A stretch of 64,000 nt of DNA from a virus (lineage: Duplodnaviria > Caudoviricetes), in the IMG/VR virus record IMGVR_UViG_2667528183_000003, positions 20,270 to 84,269 of that record; one strand, 5' to 3'. A program made the position numbers and the translations under genes. How positions within the stretch are numbered: the first letter of the stretch is position 1; every line of letters starts with the position of its first letter. Below are positions 19,583 to 29,331 of this stretch, piece after piece. The notes beneath the pieces are model-generated. The model did no database searches. It was given only the letters and a program-made list of their open reading frames with translations, and had not been told where the DNA came from.

Positions 19583-20710
19583 TTAAGCCACCGTCACTGT
19601 GCCTGGTCGGATGACCTGTTTGTTGGTTGCGGCCAAGTCAGCGGTACTGCCATTCAAAAGTACGGCCGACACGTTGGTGATGGCCGGCGTAACGCCGTAC
19701 GCCACCGCTGCTAGCTGGGTATATGGGAGTATCTGACCAAGCGTCAGGTTGGATATGTACGCCTGGATGGCGGTCACCACCTGGGCCACCACCACGCTGT
19801 GCACTACGGTGGAATCGGTAGTGATGGTCATGCCTACGTTGGCGGTCACCAGTACTGGGCCGAAAACCCCATACCGAGTGGTGAATGCCCTGGCAGATTC
19901 AATGGCGGCACCTGCAGTTACAAGAAATGAACCAGGGGGCGCCCCGCTACCGTCATCCACGACCGCATAGAAATATCCGTACAGTAGGTTGCCGCTATAG
20001 TCCTGATTCTCGGTCAAGGTATAGCTGACACCCTGTTGCATGGACGACAGCGCATATTGGATTGCAGCCTTGGTGCCCTTGGACAGCGACTGCACCCAAA
20101 GCACAAAGCGCGCACGGAATGGCACATCCTCCTCTTGATCTACGCCGCCAGCAAACACTGCGGAGTTGGTGACGGTATCAACGCCGCTGATGCTGCCAAC
20201 AATAACCGTAACCGTGCCGATCAGGGCATTTGCTGCTGCACCTGCGGTGCTTGCTGTCACCGGCACCGTAGCCGACGCCGTGCCAGCCGGAATCAGGTAA
20301 CCGCCAAGACCAGCGTCATACATAGGATTGGTCGTATCGGTTGTCACAGCGTACTGCTGCGAGCCATCTGTAGAGCCGACAATGGCGCCAACTGGAATCA
20401 ACGCAGGAACTGTTGGTGTAAACCTGGAAAACGTGACGCTGCCGGTAGCAAAGCTGGCAGACAAACGGTAAAACCCAAAGTCCGCCATCCAGCTGTCCAG
20501 GTCTGCCCCGGACGACGTGGAGGCGCGGGTGGTGGCAAGCAGCGTGACAATTAACTGCTGCAGCCACTGCAAAACGCTGGCGTTGCTTTCGGCGATGGCG
20601 CGAAGCAGTGAACCAATAGTGAAATCCACCAGGCCGGCAGCTCGGCCTTGGATCGCTGTAACTTGGTCCCGGACCAGAGTGGTGAAGTCCTTGATATTGA
20701 GCGATGCCAT
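19583..20710 (-). CDS. Baseplate J-like protein
   Basis: ATGSVTFSR, AGAAAN, GGVDQEED..FRARF motifs. Confidence 0.88.
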   Translation of the reverse strand: MASLNIKDFTTLVRDQVTAIQGRAAGLVDFTIGSLLRAIAESNASVLQWLQQLIVTLLATTRASTSSGADLDSWMADFGFYRLSASFATGSVTFSRFTPTVPALIPVGAIVGSTDGSQQYAVTTDTTNPMYDAGLGGYLIPAGTASATVPVTASTAGAAANALIGTVTVIVGSISGVDTVTNSAVFAGGVDQEEDVPFRARFVLWVQSLSKGTKAAIQYALSSMQQGVSYTLTENQDYSGNLLYGYFYAVVDDGSGAPPGSFLVTAGAAIESARAFTTRYGVFGPVLVTANVGMTITTDSTVVHSVVVAQVVTAIQAYISNLTLGQILPYTQLAAVAYGVTPAITNVSAVLLNGSTADLAATNKQVIRPGTVTVA

Positions 20711-20711
20711 A

Positions 20712-21077
20712 TCAGCGATTTACCTCAAACGAGAGCGTCACCGGCTCGCCAAGCGGCGCATCGGTGTAGCTGATAGTCACGGAAAGGGTCTCGTTGTCAG
20801 TCGAGACCGAGATAACAGGGGCTGGCTTTTTGGCAACACAATCCTCAAGCAGGATTTGGCCGCGAATCAGAGCGATGATTTCAGGTATGTTGGTGAGCGC
20901 GCCCACGTAACGGCCAAGGCCGGCGCCATACTCTGTATGGAACAGGTAGTCGCCTGGATTGGTAATCAGTCGTCGCAGGATTCGCTGCTTTCCCCGCTCG
21001 ACGCCCTCTACAATCGAAAGGCTGCCTGTCGGCGACAACGATAAGTCGTCCCCGACATAGTGATTCAGGTCTTTCAT
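20712..21077 (-). CDS. gp25/gpW-like baseplate protein
   Basis: QRILRRL.TNPGDY.FH.EYGAGL motif. Confidence 0.8.
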   Translation of the reverse strand: MKDLNHYVGDDLSLSPTGSLSIVEGVERGKQRILRRLITNPGDYLFHTEYGAGLGRYVGALTNIPEIIALIRGQILLEDCVAKKPAPVISVSTDNETLSVTISYTDAPLGEPVTLSFEVNR

Positions 21078-21682
21078 GGCACAGGCACTCCAGATGTTCC
21101 GGCGCCTGGCGTCACGCCACTTGTACGGTGCGTTTTCAGGCTGATGGTGTCCGCTTTCACATCACCACCACTGACAACGACGCCAGTACCGTCAGTGACG
21201 GTCAAGGTGTGGTCCATGCTGACTGGGCCACCCGTAAACGCGTGCTGAGGGGCGTCGTAGGTGATTGATTCGTCAGAGTGCACGCCAAGTGCTCCGACCG
21301 TGTGCAGCGTCACAGAGCCATCTGTGTTGAACTTCAGAAGCGATCCAGTGGAGTGAACTAGCCAGACCTCTCCGGATGGGACTGGAAGAGCAAGATTCAG
21401 GCTGTTGGTGTGTCGGGCGGTGACCTTTCCAAGGTTCGGATCGGACGAATCGAAGGTAACGGTGACCTCATCACCAATCTGAGGTCCAATCTGTACGCCC
21501 CAGCCATTACCAACACCAGGGCTGTCCAGTTTGATCCAGTTGGTTTCTCTTCCCTCCGGCTGAATAGCCACTTTCACTACGCCATTGACCTTGTCGTAGC
21601 TGGTGATGGTCCCCGTCCTCGGCCCTGTCATGTCGCTATTGCCTTGCTGACGCATGGAATTGGCGAAGTCGGCAATGTTCAT
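21074..21682 (-). CDS. Baseplate spike (gpV-like)
   Basis: ETNWI and P.IGDEV OB-fold motifs; ISLKTH...GV..G C-terminus. Confidence 0.82.
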   Translation of the reverse strand: MNIADFANSMRQQGNSDMTGPRTGTITSYDKVNGVVKVAIQPEGRETNWIKLDSPGVGNGWGVQIGPQIGDEVTVTFDSSDPNLGKVTARHTNSLNLALPVPSGEVWLVHSTGSLLKFNTDGSVTLHTVGALGVHSDESITYDAPQHAFTGGPVSMDHTLTVTDGTGVVVSGGDVKADTISLKTHRTSGVTPGAGTSGVPVP

Positions 21683-22794
21683 GGCTGCACCATTGAATTG
21701 GGATTATGGTTCTTGGCGGTCAGGCTCATGGTGTAGCCGCTCTCAAAGCTCAGCGAGCGCCGCACGGAATCAACGTAATAGAGCTGATCGAACCCGGAGC
21801 CAGTCCCTTCTTGGCGGACAATGGTGTTGGGCATCAGCGAGTTATCGCCGGGCATGGAGCACGACATGCGCATTTCGTGCACCGTGATCTCCCTGTGGAT
21901 CTTCTGCGCGAGCTGCTGGGCTTGGTTTTGGTCCAGCCCGTTGCGCTTGATCTCATAGACCTGACGCCTTGAGGTTGATTGGCCTGGCGCAATACCTCTT
22001 GCCGAATTCGTGGGATAGGTTGCCTTGTAGGTCTTTCCGTCCTTGTAGGAGATCACTTGCACTGTCACGCCGCGGGCCAGAGTTAGGTCGCGCTCAAACA
22101 CGATGTCATCTGAGGTGTTCGACTGCGGATATGCCAGCACTCCTGGGTCGATCCAACGGATCAGGTACTGGTCGGTCACGGCCGGATCAAGCGCCGGCTC
22201 GTAGTGCAATTCATTGCCCGTCACATACACCTGGAAGCCGTCCAGCCCGGCGAAGTAGGCCAGCAGGTCCCACTCTGTGCGCTCGTCAGTAACGTGCGCG
22301 TGGTCCCACTTTGTGATGCCTCCGACCTGGGTCTTTGTGGCAGTCACGACTGGCGTGAGGCCGCGGCGATTCGCCAACAGCGTGGCCACTTGGCTAGTGG
22401 TCATGTTGGTGAATTTCTCGTTGGTCTTCCTGTCGATGAACTTGCTGGTGTAGTCGCGCCCCTCGATGCTTACCTCAAACTTCGCCAGGCGCACACTTAG
22501 CCGGTCGACGGTGCCAACGATCAGCGTCCGCCAGTCTTCAATGTTCTGGTCGATCAAGCCGATCGATATCGAAACCTCAATCGATTTCTGATCAGCCCAC
22601 CACTTGATGCCGTTGTAGGGGTCAGGCATCGCTGACATGGCGAACACAACGGAAAAGGTGTCGGCAGAGTAGAACGCGTTGCTATTGATCTCGCAGGAGA
22701 AGAACGGGACCTCTACCCCGTTCAGCGAAAGCCGGGAAGCAATCTGCCTGACCTTCTGATCGGTCGCTTCAGTGTTCAGGTCCAAGCTATTCAC
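21679..22794 (-). CDS. Baseplate hub (gpD/gp44-like)
   Basis: ADTF, GRDYT, YYVDSV..S motifs; synteny. Confidence 0.78.
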   Translation of the reverse strand: MNSLDLNTEATDQKVRQIASRLSLNGVEVPFFSCEINSNAFYSADTFSVVFAMSAMPDPYNGIKWWADQKSIEVSISIGLIDQNIEDWRTLIVGTVDRLSVRLAKFEVSIEGRDYTSKFIDRKTNEKFTNMTTSQVATLLANRRGLTPVVTATKTQVGGITKWDHAHVTDERTEWDLLAYFAGLDGFQVYVTGNELHYEPALDPAVTDQYLIRWIDPGVLAYPQSNTSDDIVFERDLTLARGVTVQVISYKDGKTYKATYPTNSARGIAPGQSTSRRQVYEIKRNGLDQNQAQQLAQKIHREITVHEMRMSCSMPGDNSLMPNTIVRQEGTGSGFDQLYYVDSVRRSLSFESGYTMSLTAKNHNPNSMVQP

Positions 22795-23770
22795 CTATCG
22801 GAATTTTTATCGTCTGGATGCCATCAAGGCGCGGGTCAACGATGCTGTTGGCCGCGGCAATCTGTGTCCATCTGGACTGGTCGCCATAGCTGTCAGCTGC
22901 GATCTTCTGCAGGCTGGAGTTGCTGGTGGTGACACTGGATGTGCCGTTTGCCAGCGGGCCGGCCAGGACGTTCTTCTGCACTCGCTCAAGCACGCTTTGC
23001 ATCTGATAGAGCGGCGCCAGTTGGGTCAGCGCGCCGGCCTGGCGCAGCACGTTGTGCGCCGCCCGGGCGACTGGATTGCCTGGAATCAGGCCTCCCAGGG
23101 TGGTGATGTCGTTTATCGACGCGCCAACCTGAGCGATTACCGACTGGATGATCTGCTGGGCCGCCACAATCGGGCGGATCACTGTCTGAATCGTCTCGAT
23201 CGTGGCGTTGGCGAAGCCCTGGACCTGCGCCACCGCATCCTTAACGGTGTTGATGGCGCTAGTCACCGAATCCACATTGATGATGTCAGCCAGGCCAAGC
23301 GATTCGCCGATATCGCTGTTGATCAGCGCGTCCAGGGCGCCAGCCAGCGCGTTTTCAGTGACTGGCGCATCCAAGCGCTCAATGAGCAGTAGCTCGATGC
23401 TGTAATAGCGGCGATAGACATGCTCAAAGCGCGCGTTGAAGTTCTGGATCAGGACGCTGAAGTAATAGCCGTCCATGTTGAAGGCCAACGGCAGACCAAG
23501 ATCACGGAGCGTTTCCAGCTCAGTGACCCGGTCGCCGGCCGTGGCGCCAGTGAACCACCCAGACCACGACATGTTGTCGTAGTCGATGCCCATGACGTCG
23601 ACGATCCGCTTGCCGCCTACCAGCTTGTGCACGACAGCCTGCTGTTTCGCCCCAATCGTCACCGACTCAGGGACCTCAAGACCGCTGAACTCGAAATCGC
23701 CAACAATCAATCGAGTGGCAAACGGATCCCCGCCCGGAGCGAAGTTGTCCAGGAAGCTTGTAAAGCTCAT
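22787..23770 (-). CDS. Tube initiator with C-terminal LysM-like domain
   Basis: VHKLVGGKRIVD; LQKIAADSYGD.SRW..IA.AN. Confidence 0.72.
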   Translation of the reverse strand: MSFTSFLDNFAPGGDPFATRLIVGDFEFSGLEVPESVTIGAKQQAVVHKLVGGKRIVDVMGIDYDNMSWSGWFTGATAGDRVTELETLRDLGLPLAFNMDGYYFSVLIQNFNARFEHVYRRYYSIELLLIERLDAPVTENALAGALDALINSDIGESLGLADIINVDSVTSAINTVKDAVAQVQGFANATIETIQTVIRPIVAAQQIIQSVIAQVGASINDITTLGGLIPGNPVARAAHNVLRQAGALTQLAPLYQMQSVLERVQKNVLAGPLANGTSSVTTSNSSLQKIAADSYGDQSRWTQIAAANSIVDPRLDGIQTIKIPIGE

Positions 23771-23773
23771 CGG

Positions 23774-25885
23774 TTATCCCCTTGGGTAGGCGGTGCTTGG
23801 TGTTCCTGGCATCAGCATGCTGCGAGTAGGGTCAAAGCCCTGGGTGCCGGTCTGTGGCTTGGCGGCCTCTTTGGTCATGCGCTGGATGACAACATCGCTG
23901 ACCTTCTTGCCGTCGATGTACAGGTTGATCGGCTGCTCCTTACTGGTATCAGCCTTTCCTGGAACCGGCGCAACCAACGGCGACCACGGTTGTTTCGGGG
24001 CATTACTACCCCTGAAGTCATCTGCGAAGGTCGTCTTTGTCAGCTGCATTGATGCCGGAAGGATCAGGTTGGCGCCGGCGATCAGCGTGTTAAAGATCGT
24101 CTGCCAGCCGGTCAGGAAGATCAGCGCAAATGACTTGAAGGCCCCGCCGATATCCCCGTTGAACAGCTTGATGAAGCCAGCTTTCAGATCGCCCCACATC
24201 AGCGTCAGCGCCCCGCTCACCTCCTTCCAGTTGTTCCAGAGGAGGAAAGCAGCGACCGCAATGGCCGTTATGGCAAGGCCAATAGGGTTCATCAGCAGCG
24301 CCCGGCCAAGAAAGAAGATCCCTTGCCCCAGGAGTTTCAACGGCGATAGGAAGGCCATCACCATTCCGCGCAGAAAGCCCGAGGTCAGGAACATCCCAAC
24401 AGCCTTGAAGGAGTCGATCACGAACATGACCAGGTACGTACCGAATCTGGCCATGATCGGAACCAGCGGACCGCCGAGAAATGCTATCGCCTGCCCAAGC
24501 AGCAAGAACCCGCGGCCGGCAGCAATGACCATATTGATCAAGCCACCCCCGATGAGGAATGCTGACAGGCCGAGCAACGCATAGGTGAATGCTTTTACTT
24601 TGCCTGGGTTTTCACCCATCCACTTAGTGAGATCAATAATGACGTTATTCAGCTTAGTAACGGCAGTTATCGCAAGCGGCAAAACTTGATCGCCAAGCAT
24701 CAACATCAGATCCTTCCACTTTGCCGCAAGTTGAACTTCTTTGCCGGCAAGTGTCTTGTCTGTTACTGCTACTGAGGCATCAATGCCAAGCGCTTTATGC
24801 TGAGCCTCAAGCGAGTGATGTAGCTTCTCTATGTTTTTGTCGATCAGCGTAAACATCGCACCGCCAGTCGAGCCAAAAAGCATAGCGTTAGACTGACCAA
24901 TAGCCGAATCCGAAGTAATCCCCATGCGTTTATGCATCGGCATGATGATCTTTTCGTAGAACTCTGTCGGGTTCTGGCTGAACATTTCAGCGCCAATAAG
25001 AGGATTACCTTTGAACGCTTTAATTCCCCCCTGCTTGTTCCAAATTACTCTTTTCTCATCCCAAATTCCGTTGGCGACAAGCTCATGTGCTACCTGGTTA
25101 GGGATTTTTACGATGCCATTGAGTCTGTTATAGGCCGTTCTAAGCGAGAAGCCAGCTGTCTGCCCTTTGAGCATAGTGATGATTGGCTCCATCATGGCGA
25201 CCGCATCATCACTCATATTCATCGCAGCGATACCGCCGCGCGCTTTGAATTGGCGCAACTGCTCCCAGTTAACCGAGCCGCCAGAGGTTTGCGTCATCTT
25301 CCACCCAGCATCCGCCAGCTCATTGAAGCGCTTGGCCGATTTCAGGCCGCCCGAGTCCTCAATGTAACGCATCATGGCCATGCTGCTGGTTTTCATAACT
25401 GCCTGCGATTCCTCGCTCAGGCCAGATGTTGCATAAGCAATCTTCGACAAAACAGGGGCAGCAATCTTTGCCCCTTCCAGCGCCTCCATACCTGGAAGAC
25501 CACTTTCACGAAAGACGCCTTGCGCCTCGGTAAAAAGTTTCATGTTCGTGGTGATGCTAGTGCCTATAGAGTTCATCCCTTTAACGAAGCGTTCAGACTC
25601 AGCGTTAACAGCGTCAGACATCCCATACAAGGAGAGCTTGGCCATCTCCGTCTGAAACTTCTTGGCCTCGTCCAGGGGGGCCTTAAACATCGCCGCGATA
25701 CCAAGGCCTCCGGCGAACATCGCGCCGCCTATCGCGCCTTGGCGGCCGATGGATGCCAATTGCCGGTTGAGGCGATCAGCATCCTGCCCTGCGGTATGCA
25801 GTCCCCGCGAAATTAGGGCAAGGCCGGCGCTGACATGGTTGATCAGCGACAGCTTGACGGCGACGGAATAAGCCTCAAATGCCAT
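23774..25885 (-). CDS. Tape measure protein
   Basis: 703 aa; NPIGL.I..IA.AA.LLW.NW motif; hydrophobic segments; LYIDGK C-terminus. Confidence 0.88.
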   Translation of the reverse strand: MAFEAYSVAVKLSLINHVSAGLALISRGLHTAGQDADRLNRQLASIGRQGAIGGAMFAGGLGIAAMFKAPLDEAKKFQTEMAKLSLYGMSDAVNAESERFVKGMNSIGTSITTNMKLFTEAQGVFRESGLPGMEALEGAKIAAPVLSKIAYATSGLSEESQAVMKTSSMAMMRYIEDSGGLKSAKRFNELADAGWKMTQTSGGSVNWEQLRQFKARGGIAAMNMSDDAVAMMEPIITMLKGQTAGFSLRTAYNRLNGIVKIPNQVAHELVANGIWDEKRVIWNKQGGIKAFKGNPLIGAEMFSQNPTEFYEKIIMPMHKRMGITSDSAIGQSNAMLFGSTGGAMFTLIDKNIEKLHHSLEAQHKALGIDASVAVTDKTLAGKEVQLAAKWKDLMLMLGDQVLPLAITAVTKLNNVIIDLTKWMGENPGKVKAFTYALLGLSAFLIGGGLINMVIAAGRGFLLLGQAIAFLGGPLVPIMARFGTYLVMFVIDSFKAVGMFLTSGFLRGMVMAFLSPLKLLGQGIFFLGRALLMNPIGLAITAIAVAAFLLWNNWKEVSGALTLMWGDLKAGFIKLFNGDIGGAFKSFALIFLTGWQTIFNTLIAGANLILPASMQLTKTTFADDFRGSNAPKQPWSPLVAPVPGKADTSKEQPINLYIDGKKVSDVVIQRMTKEAAKPQTGTQGFDPTRSMLMPGTPSTAYPRG

Positions 25886-25886
25886 A

Positions 25887-26153
25887 ATGAGCTTCCTTCT
25901 TGTGGCGGTTGATCACATGGCACGCACTCATCGCACGTATCAGTGGAAAGATGGCCGAATCCAGGATGTCGGCTCTATGTATGGGCTTGATGCAGAGGAG
26001 ATCCCGCCGAGGCGGCCACAGAAGAAAAAAGGACCAGGAATCGGAATCCAGGACGCGTTACTGCTATTCACTTTCAGCAGCGTGCTAATGATTTTTGCTG
26101 GAGGAGCCTTACTGGCTTTCCTGCTTGTTGTTTATTCAGTTATTTTCGGGTGA
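25887..26153 (+). CDS. Moron: small membrane protein
   Basis: Opposite strand to the tail operon; C-terminal hydrophobic stretch; start may be Met at 25918. Confidence 0.55.
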   Translation: MSFLLVAVDHMARTHRTYQWKDGRIQDVGSMYGLDAEEIPPRRPQKKKGPGIGIQDALLLFTFSSVLMIFAGGALLAFLLVVYSVIFG

Positions 26154-26157
26154 TCAC

Positions 26158-26580
26158 ATGCAAAAAGCACTGCCAGCAACTGCGCTAACAATCGCGCTTG
26201 TACTTAGTGGCTGCTCAAAGGTAGACAAGGAAATTTGCTGGAAGCAGGAGACAAAAGATTCTGTATCAGCTTTAGTTTCCTCTCAATCAAAAGACATAGA
26301 ATCAAGAATAAAAAACTTCTTCGAATTTAAGAAGATAAATATTTACTTCGGATCGATCGATGTAAACATGAAAACATCTGACTACTCCCTAGAGAAAATC
26401 GACAAGGAAACCGAGGCTGTTGAATGCTCATTCAACATGAATATAGAGACCAAGTTCAATTCCTCTGCGACGCTGCAAAACTCAGGCAAAGTCAGATTTA
26501 CGTCAAAAGTTGGAGAGCATGGCAGGTACATAGTTTTGGAGAAAGGCGATATCCCTCCAATAGTAGTCGGCCTCAAATAA
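26158..26580 (+). CDS. Moron: lipoprotein (candidate superinfection exclusion)
   Basis: MQK...ALVLSGC lipobox; AT-rich; followed by a terminator. Confidence 0.7.
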   Translation: MQKALPATALTIALVLSGCSKVDKEICWKQETKDSVSALVSSQSKDIESRIKNFFEFKKINIYFGSIDVNMKTSDYSLEKIDKETEAVECSFNMNIETKFNSSATLQNSGKVRFTSKVGEHGRYIVLEKGDIPPIVVGLK

Positions 26581-26609
26581 AACAAGCCCCTTAAAGGGGC
26601 TTGTTTATT
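26576..26609. terminator. Bidirectional intrinsic terminator
   Basis: AAACAAGCCCCT-TAA-AGGGGCTTGTTT between convergent genes. Confidence 0.8.
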
Positions 26610-26618
26610 CAAACATGC

Positions 26619-27494
26619 TTATGCAGCAGAATGCATTCCCATCGCATAACCACCAGTCAATCCAAGGCTGCGATAGTTCTGGTACAGCTCGTCGCGGCGC
26701 TTATCCAGGCTTGCAAAGGCTCCACGGCCTTCATTCAGCATGTCAAAGAACAGCATCAGGGTTTTCGAATCAAGCAACTGCGCAGCGGAAAACATATGTT
26801 CTCGATGCCGAGACATTGCAGAAAAATATGACATCAGGCCGTAGAGGTGGCTTGCTTCATATTTATCCAGGGTAATTCCGTCCTTAGGAGCAGCCTGGAT
26901 GTACTCGCCTTCCAGAACGACATACGCTGCGATGAAGTTGCGCGCCGCGTCGAGTTGATCCGCTGGAATGTCCGCCGCCGATCGAACGCCAAACGCAGCA
27001 TGGGTCTGCGACCAGATTTTCATGGTTGCACGGCGCTGCACCGCTGCAGGCAGAGAAGACACTTTGCCCTTGACCACAGCACCGAGCATGTGGAAGCCGT
27101 CAGTGCCGATAGTTTCACCCATGATGGTGCGGGCATCTTCTGGAGCAATCTGGCTCAGCCGCTTTTCGCACTCAATGAAATAGCGGCGAGCCTGCTTGCC
27201 CTTTTCATTTCGCTCAACCATGGCAAGCTCCTTGCCCATGTCCAAGGTGATGCGATATTCCCTGCTTCGACGGCCCCCAGTGCTTTTGCTCAAAGTTGAG
27301 CAAAAGTCTTCGCCCTCTTGAAACCCATACTCGGCAATGCGTCGAGCGATCCAGTCCTTGAAGTGCGTGTCCACCTCAAGGAAGCGATGCAGCTCTCGAG
27401 CATCAACCAGTTGGGCTTGCTCGCCATGGATTGATCCAGAGAAGACAGGAATAAGCTCGATGACATCAGGTGCCGCTGTGCTATTATTCGACAT
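26619..27494 (-). CDS. ant: Antirepressor (AntA/AntB family)
   Basis: VDARELH.FL...F.DWI..RI..YGF.EG.DF, EY.ITLDMGKELAMVERN..G..ARRYFIECE; start MSNNST. Confidence 0.9.
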   Translation of the reverse strand: MSNNSTAAPDVIELIPVFSGSIHGEQAQLVDARELHRFLEVDTHFKDWIARRIAEYGFQEGEDFCSTLSKSTGGRRSREYRITLDMGKELAMVERNEKGKQARRYFIECEKRLSQIAPEDARTIMGETIGTDGFHMLGAVVKGKVSSLPAAVQRRATMKIWSQTHAAFGVRSAADIPADQLDAARNFIAAYVVLEGEYIQAAPKDGITLDKYEASHLYGLMSYFSAMSRHREHMFSAAQLLDSKTLMLFFDMLNEGRGAFASLDKRRDELYQNYRSLGLTGGYAMGMHSAA

Positions 27495-27562
27495 GACGAT
27501 TTCTTCTCCGAAGTTGATCTCGTTTCCCAAAGCCCTAAGCGCTGCAACGCTTGGGGCTTTTT
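27494..27562 (+). ncRNA. sar-like antisense RNA over the ant RBS (putative)
   Basis: Extended -10 TGcTATTAT (27479-27487); terminator AAAGCCCTAAGCG...CGCTTGGGGCTTTTT; same placement as P22 sar. Confidence 0.55.
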
Positions 27563-27714
27563 CATTTCTGTTCATTCATCACTTCCCCCTTTGCCTGCTT
27601 GATGATCTCAACTAGTTGAGCATTCATTGAGCGGCCCTGATCCTTTGCTTGCTTCTTCAGCCAGTCCATTAGTTCGCATGGGAAGCGTACCTGGGTGCGC
27701 GCGAGTGACTGCAT
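27562..27714 (-). CDS. arc: Arc-family ribbon-helix-helix repressor (50 aa, not in the ORF track)
   Basis: MQSLARTQVRFPCELMDWLKKQAKDQGRSMNAQLVEIIKQAKGEVMNEQK; AAGGAGG RBS. Confidence 0.85.
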   Translation of the reverse strand: MQSLARTQVRFPCELMDWLKKQAKDQGRSMNAQLVEIIKQAKGEVMNEQK

Positions 27715-27777
27715 AGTGCCTCCTTAGTGACTCTGTGTCACTATACGAGCCGACCAAGGTAGTGTCAACATAGTGAC

Positions 27778-28143
27778 ATGACAGACGAAATTTACAGATC
27801 ACAGTTCCGCCTCCCTTACCCACTGTACGAGCAGCTCAAAGCAGCGGCAGACGGGAATCGCAGATCGGTTAACGCCGAGCTGGTAGCTCGCGTTGAAGAA
27901 AGCTTCGCCAGCCAGGACAGAAGCAGTGCGGCGAAGTCTGTTTTTGGGGTGAACAAGCAGCTTTTGTTGGCTGGATCCGAAGCGCTGGATGGCGATAAAC
28001 CGGTCACCCGAGCAGAACTATGGGAAGTGATCGGTCAAGCTATAACGCATGCCTTGAGCAGCCAGATCGAAACGCCTCCTGACAACGCCAAGCCAAAGCC
28101 CAATACTGGACCGAAATCTCGTAGGCCTCGGGATAAGAAATAG
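27778..28143 (+). CDS. Arc/Mnt-family repressor, divergent from arc
   Basis: QFRLP..L...LK.AA..N.RSVNAELVAR. Confidence 0.85.
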   Translation: MTDEIYRSQFRLPYPLYEQLKAAADGNRRSVNAELVARVEESFASQDRSSAAKSVFGVNKQLLLAGSEALDGDKPVTRAELWEVIGQAITHALSSQIETPPDNAKPKPNTGPKSRRPRDKK

Positions 28144-28160
28144 CGGTTCAGCTAAACGCC

Positions 28161-28646
28161 TCACAGCAGCGAGCCGTACCCAAGCGCCTCATGAATCAGC
28201 CGACCGCCGACCAAACCCTCTACTGCCGCCGCACCGATGGTGCGGCGGATGAATTCCTTGTTGCGCAGAACCGCTGGCCCCATCACCGGCCGCGGCGGAA
28301 TGCGCTGCGTGCCGAATTCGTGATAGACCATCTTGGGATCGGTGGCGCCGATCACCGCCTCAAGGCCATGGCGGACATGGCTGATCGAGTCACGCATCTG
28401 ACCAGATGCCTCGAGCGGGGCGTCCGCGCGATAGCCCTTACGGGCTTTCTCGGCCTCGGTTGACTCCGCAAGCTCATTCCATTCTGGAAACGGTCCAATC
28501 CCTTGCTGGTAGTGGCCAATCTCAGCCTTTGCGGTTTCCTCGATGCGCTTGGCGCACGCTTCCAGGCCGCGCTCAAGGCATGCCACCTCTGCGGCGGCAG
28601 CGGCTGCAAGATGAAGGGCCAGGGCGCCCATGCTGTTGAACTCCAT
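28161..28646 (-). CDS. Neck/tail completion protein (HK97 gp10/virion morphogenesis-like)
   Basis: SG.MRDSI and YHEFGT..IPPRP motifs. Confidence 0.75.
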   Translation of the reverse strand: MEFNSMGALALHLAAAAAAEVACLERGLEACAKRIEETAKAEIGHYQQGIGPFPEWNELAESTEAEKARKGYRADAPLEASGQMRDSISHVRHGLEAVIGATDPKMVYHEFGTQRIPPRPVMGPAVLRNKEFIRRTIGAAAVEGLVGGRLIHEALGYGSLL

Positions 28647-28831
28647 GGCTCACTCCTTCTTGTCGAACTGCATGCTGTGCCAGTTGAAAGTACCGGCCCC
28701 TTCAAATTCAGAAAACATGATTGAAAAGGCCATCCGCTCATAGTCGGATAGCAAGTCACACCCAAAAACCCTGTCAAAAGGAACCCCGTTCTTCACCAAC
28801 CAGCATCGGCTGCGAAAATCGAGGTCCTCAG

Positions 28832-29239
28832 TCAGTTTTTTGCGGCGGCCTGCTCAGCGCTGAGCGCACTTGCGGCTGACGCGGCGTCGGCCTTGGCTTT
28901 TGCGGCTTCATGTTCAGCAAGCATGTATTTCTCAATCGCATCCATCCCTTCAGCGCCAAGCTCAGAAAGCATCGACTCGATCTGGCTAAGGGTTTGCGGC
29001 AGGCCGAATCCGACATCATCGATGTAAACAACGGATGCAGCTGGAAGCGCAAAAGCCCCCATGTAAACGCTGTTTGCCGCAAGCTCCCCACCTACAGCCA
29101 TCACTACCCTTGCCTTTTGCAATGGGTCAAGGGTGCGAAGCTTGATGACTCGGCCAAGGCTGTCGTGGAGCGAAGTGAACTTGGGCTTTTGATCAACGTG
29201 GATCGGAGCTGCGGATTCGGTAACTTTTACTGTGGCCAT
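28832..29239 (-). CDS. Tail assembly chaperone; probable -1 frameshift extension to 28650
   Basis: Follows the tube gene; ends GCA-AAA-AAC-TGA. Confidence 0.7.
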   Translation of the reverse strand: MATVKVTESAAPIHVDQKPKFTSLHDSLGRVIKLRTLDPLQKARVVMAVGGELAANSVYMGAFALPAASVVYIDDVGFGLPQTLSQIESMLSELGAEGMDAIEKYMLAEHEAAKAKADAASAASALSAEQAAAKN

Positions 29240-29331
29240 GGATAAATCCTCGGGTCAGAGAGTCGTCAAGGAGCATGGCGTGCGGGGTGACGAGTCCCGC
29301 GCCCTGCTTGCGGGGCTGCCATGCAAAACGG

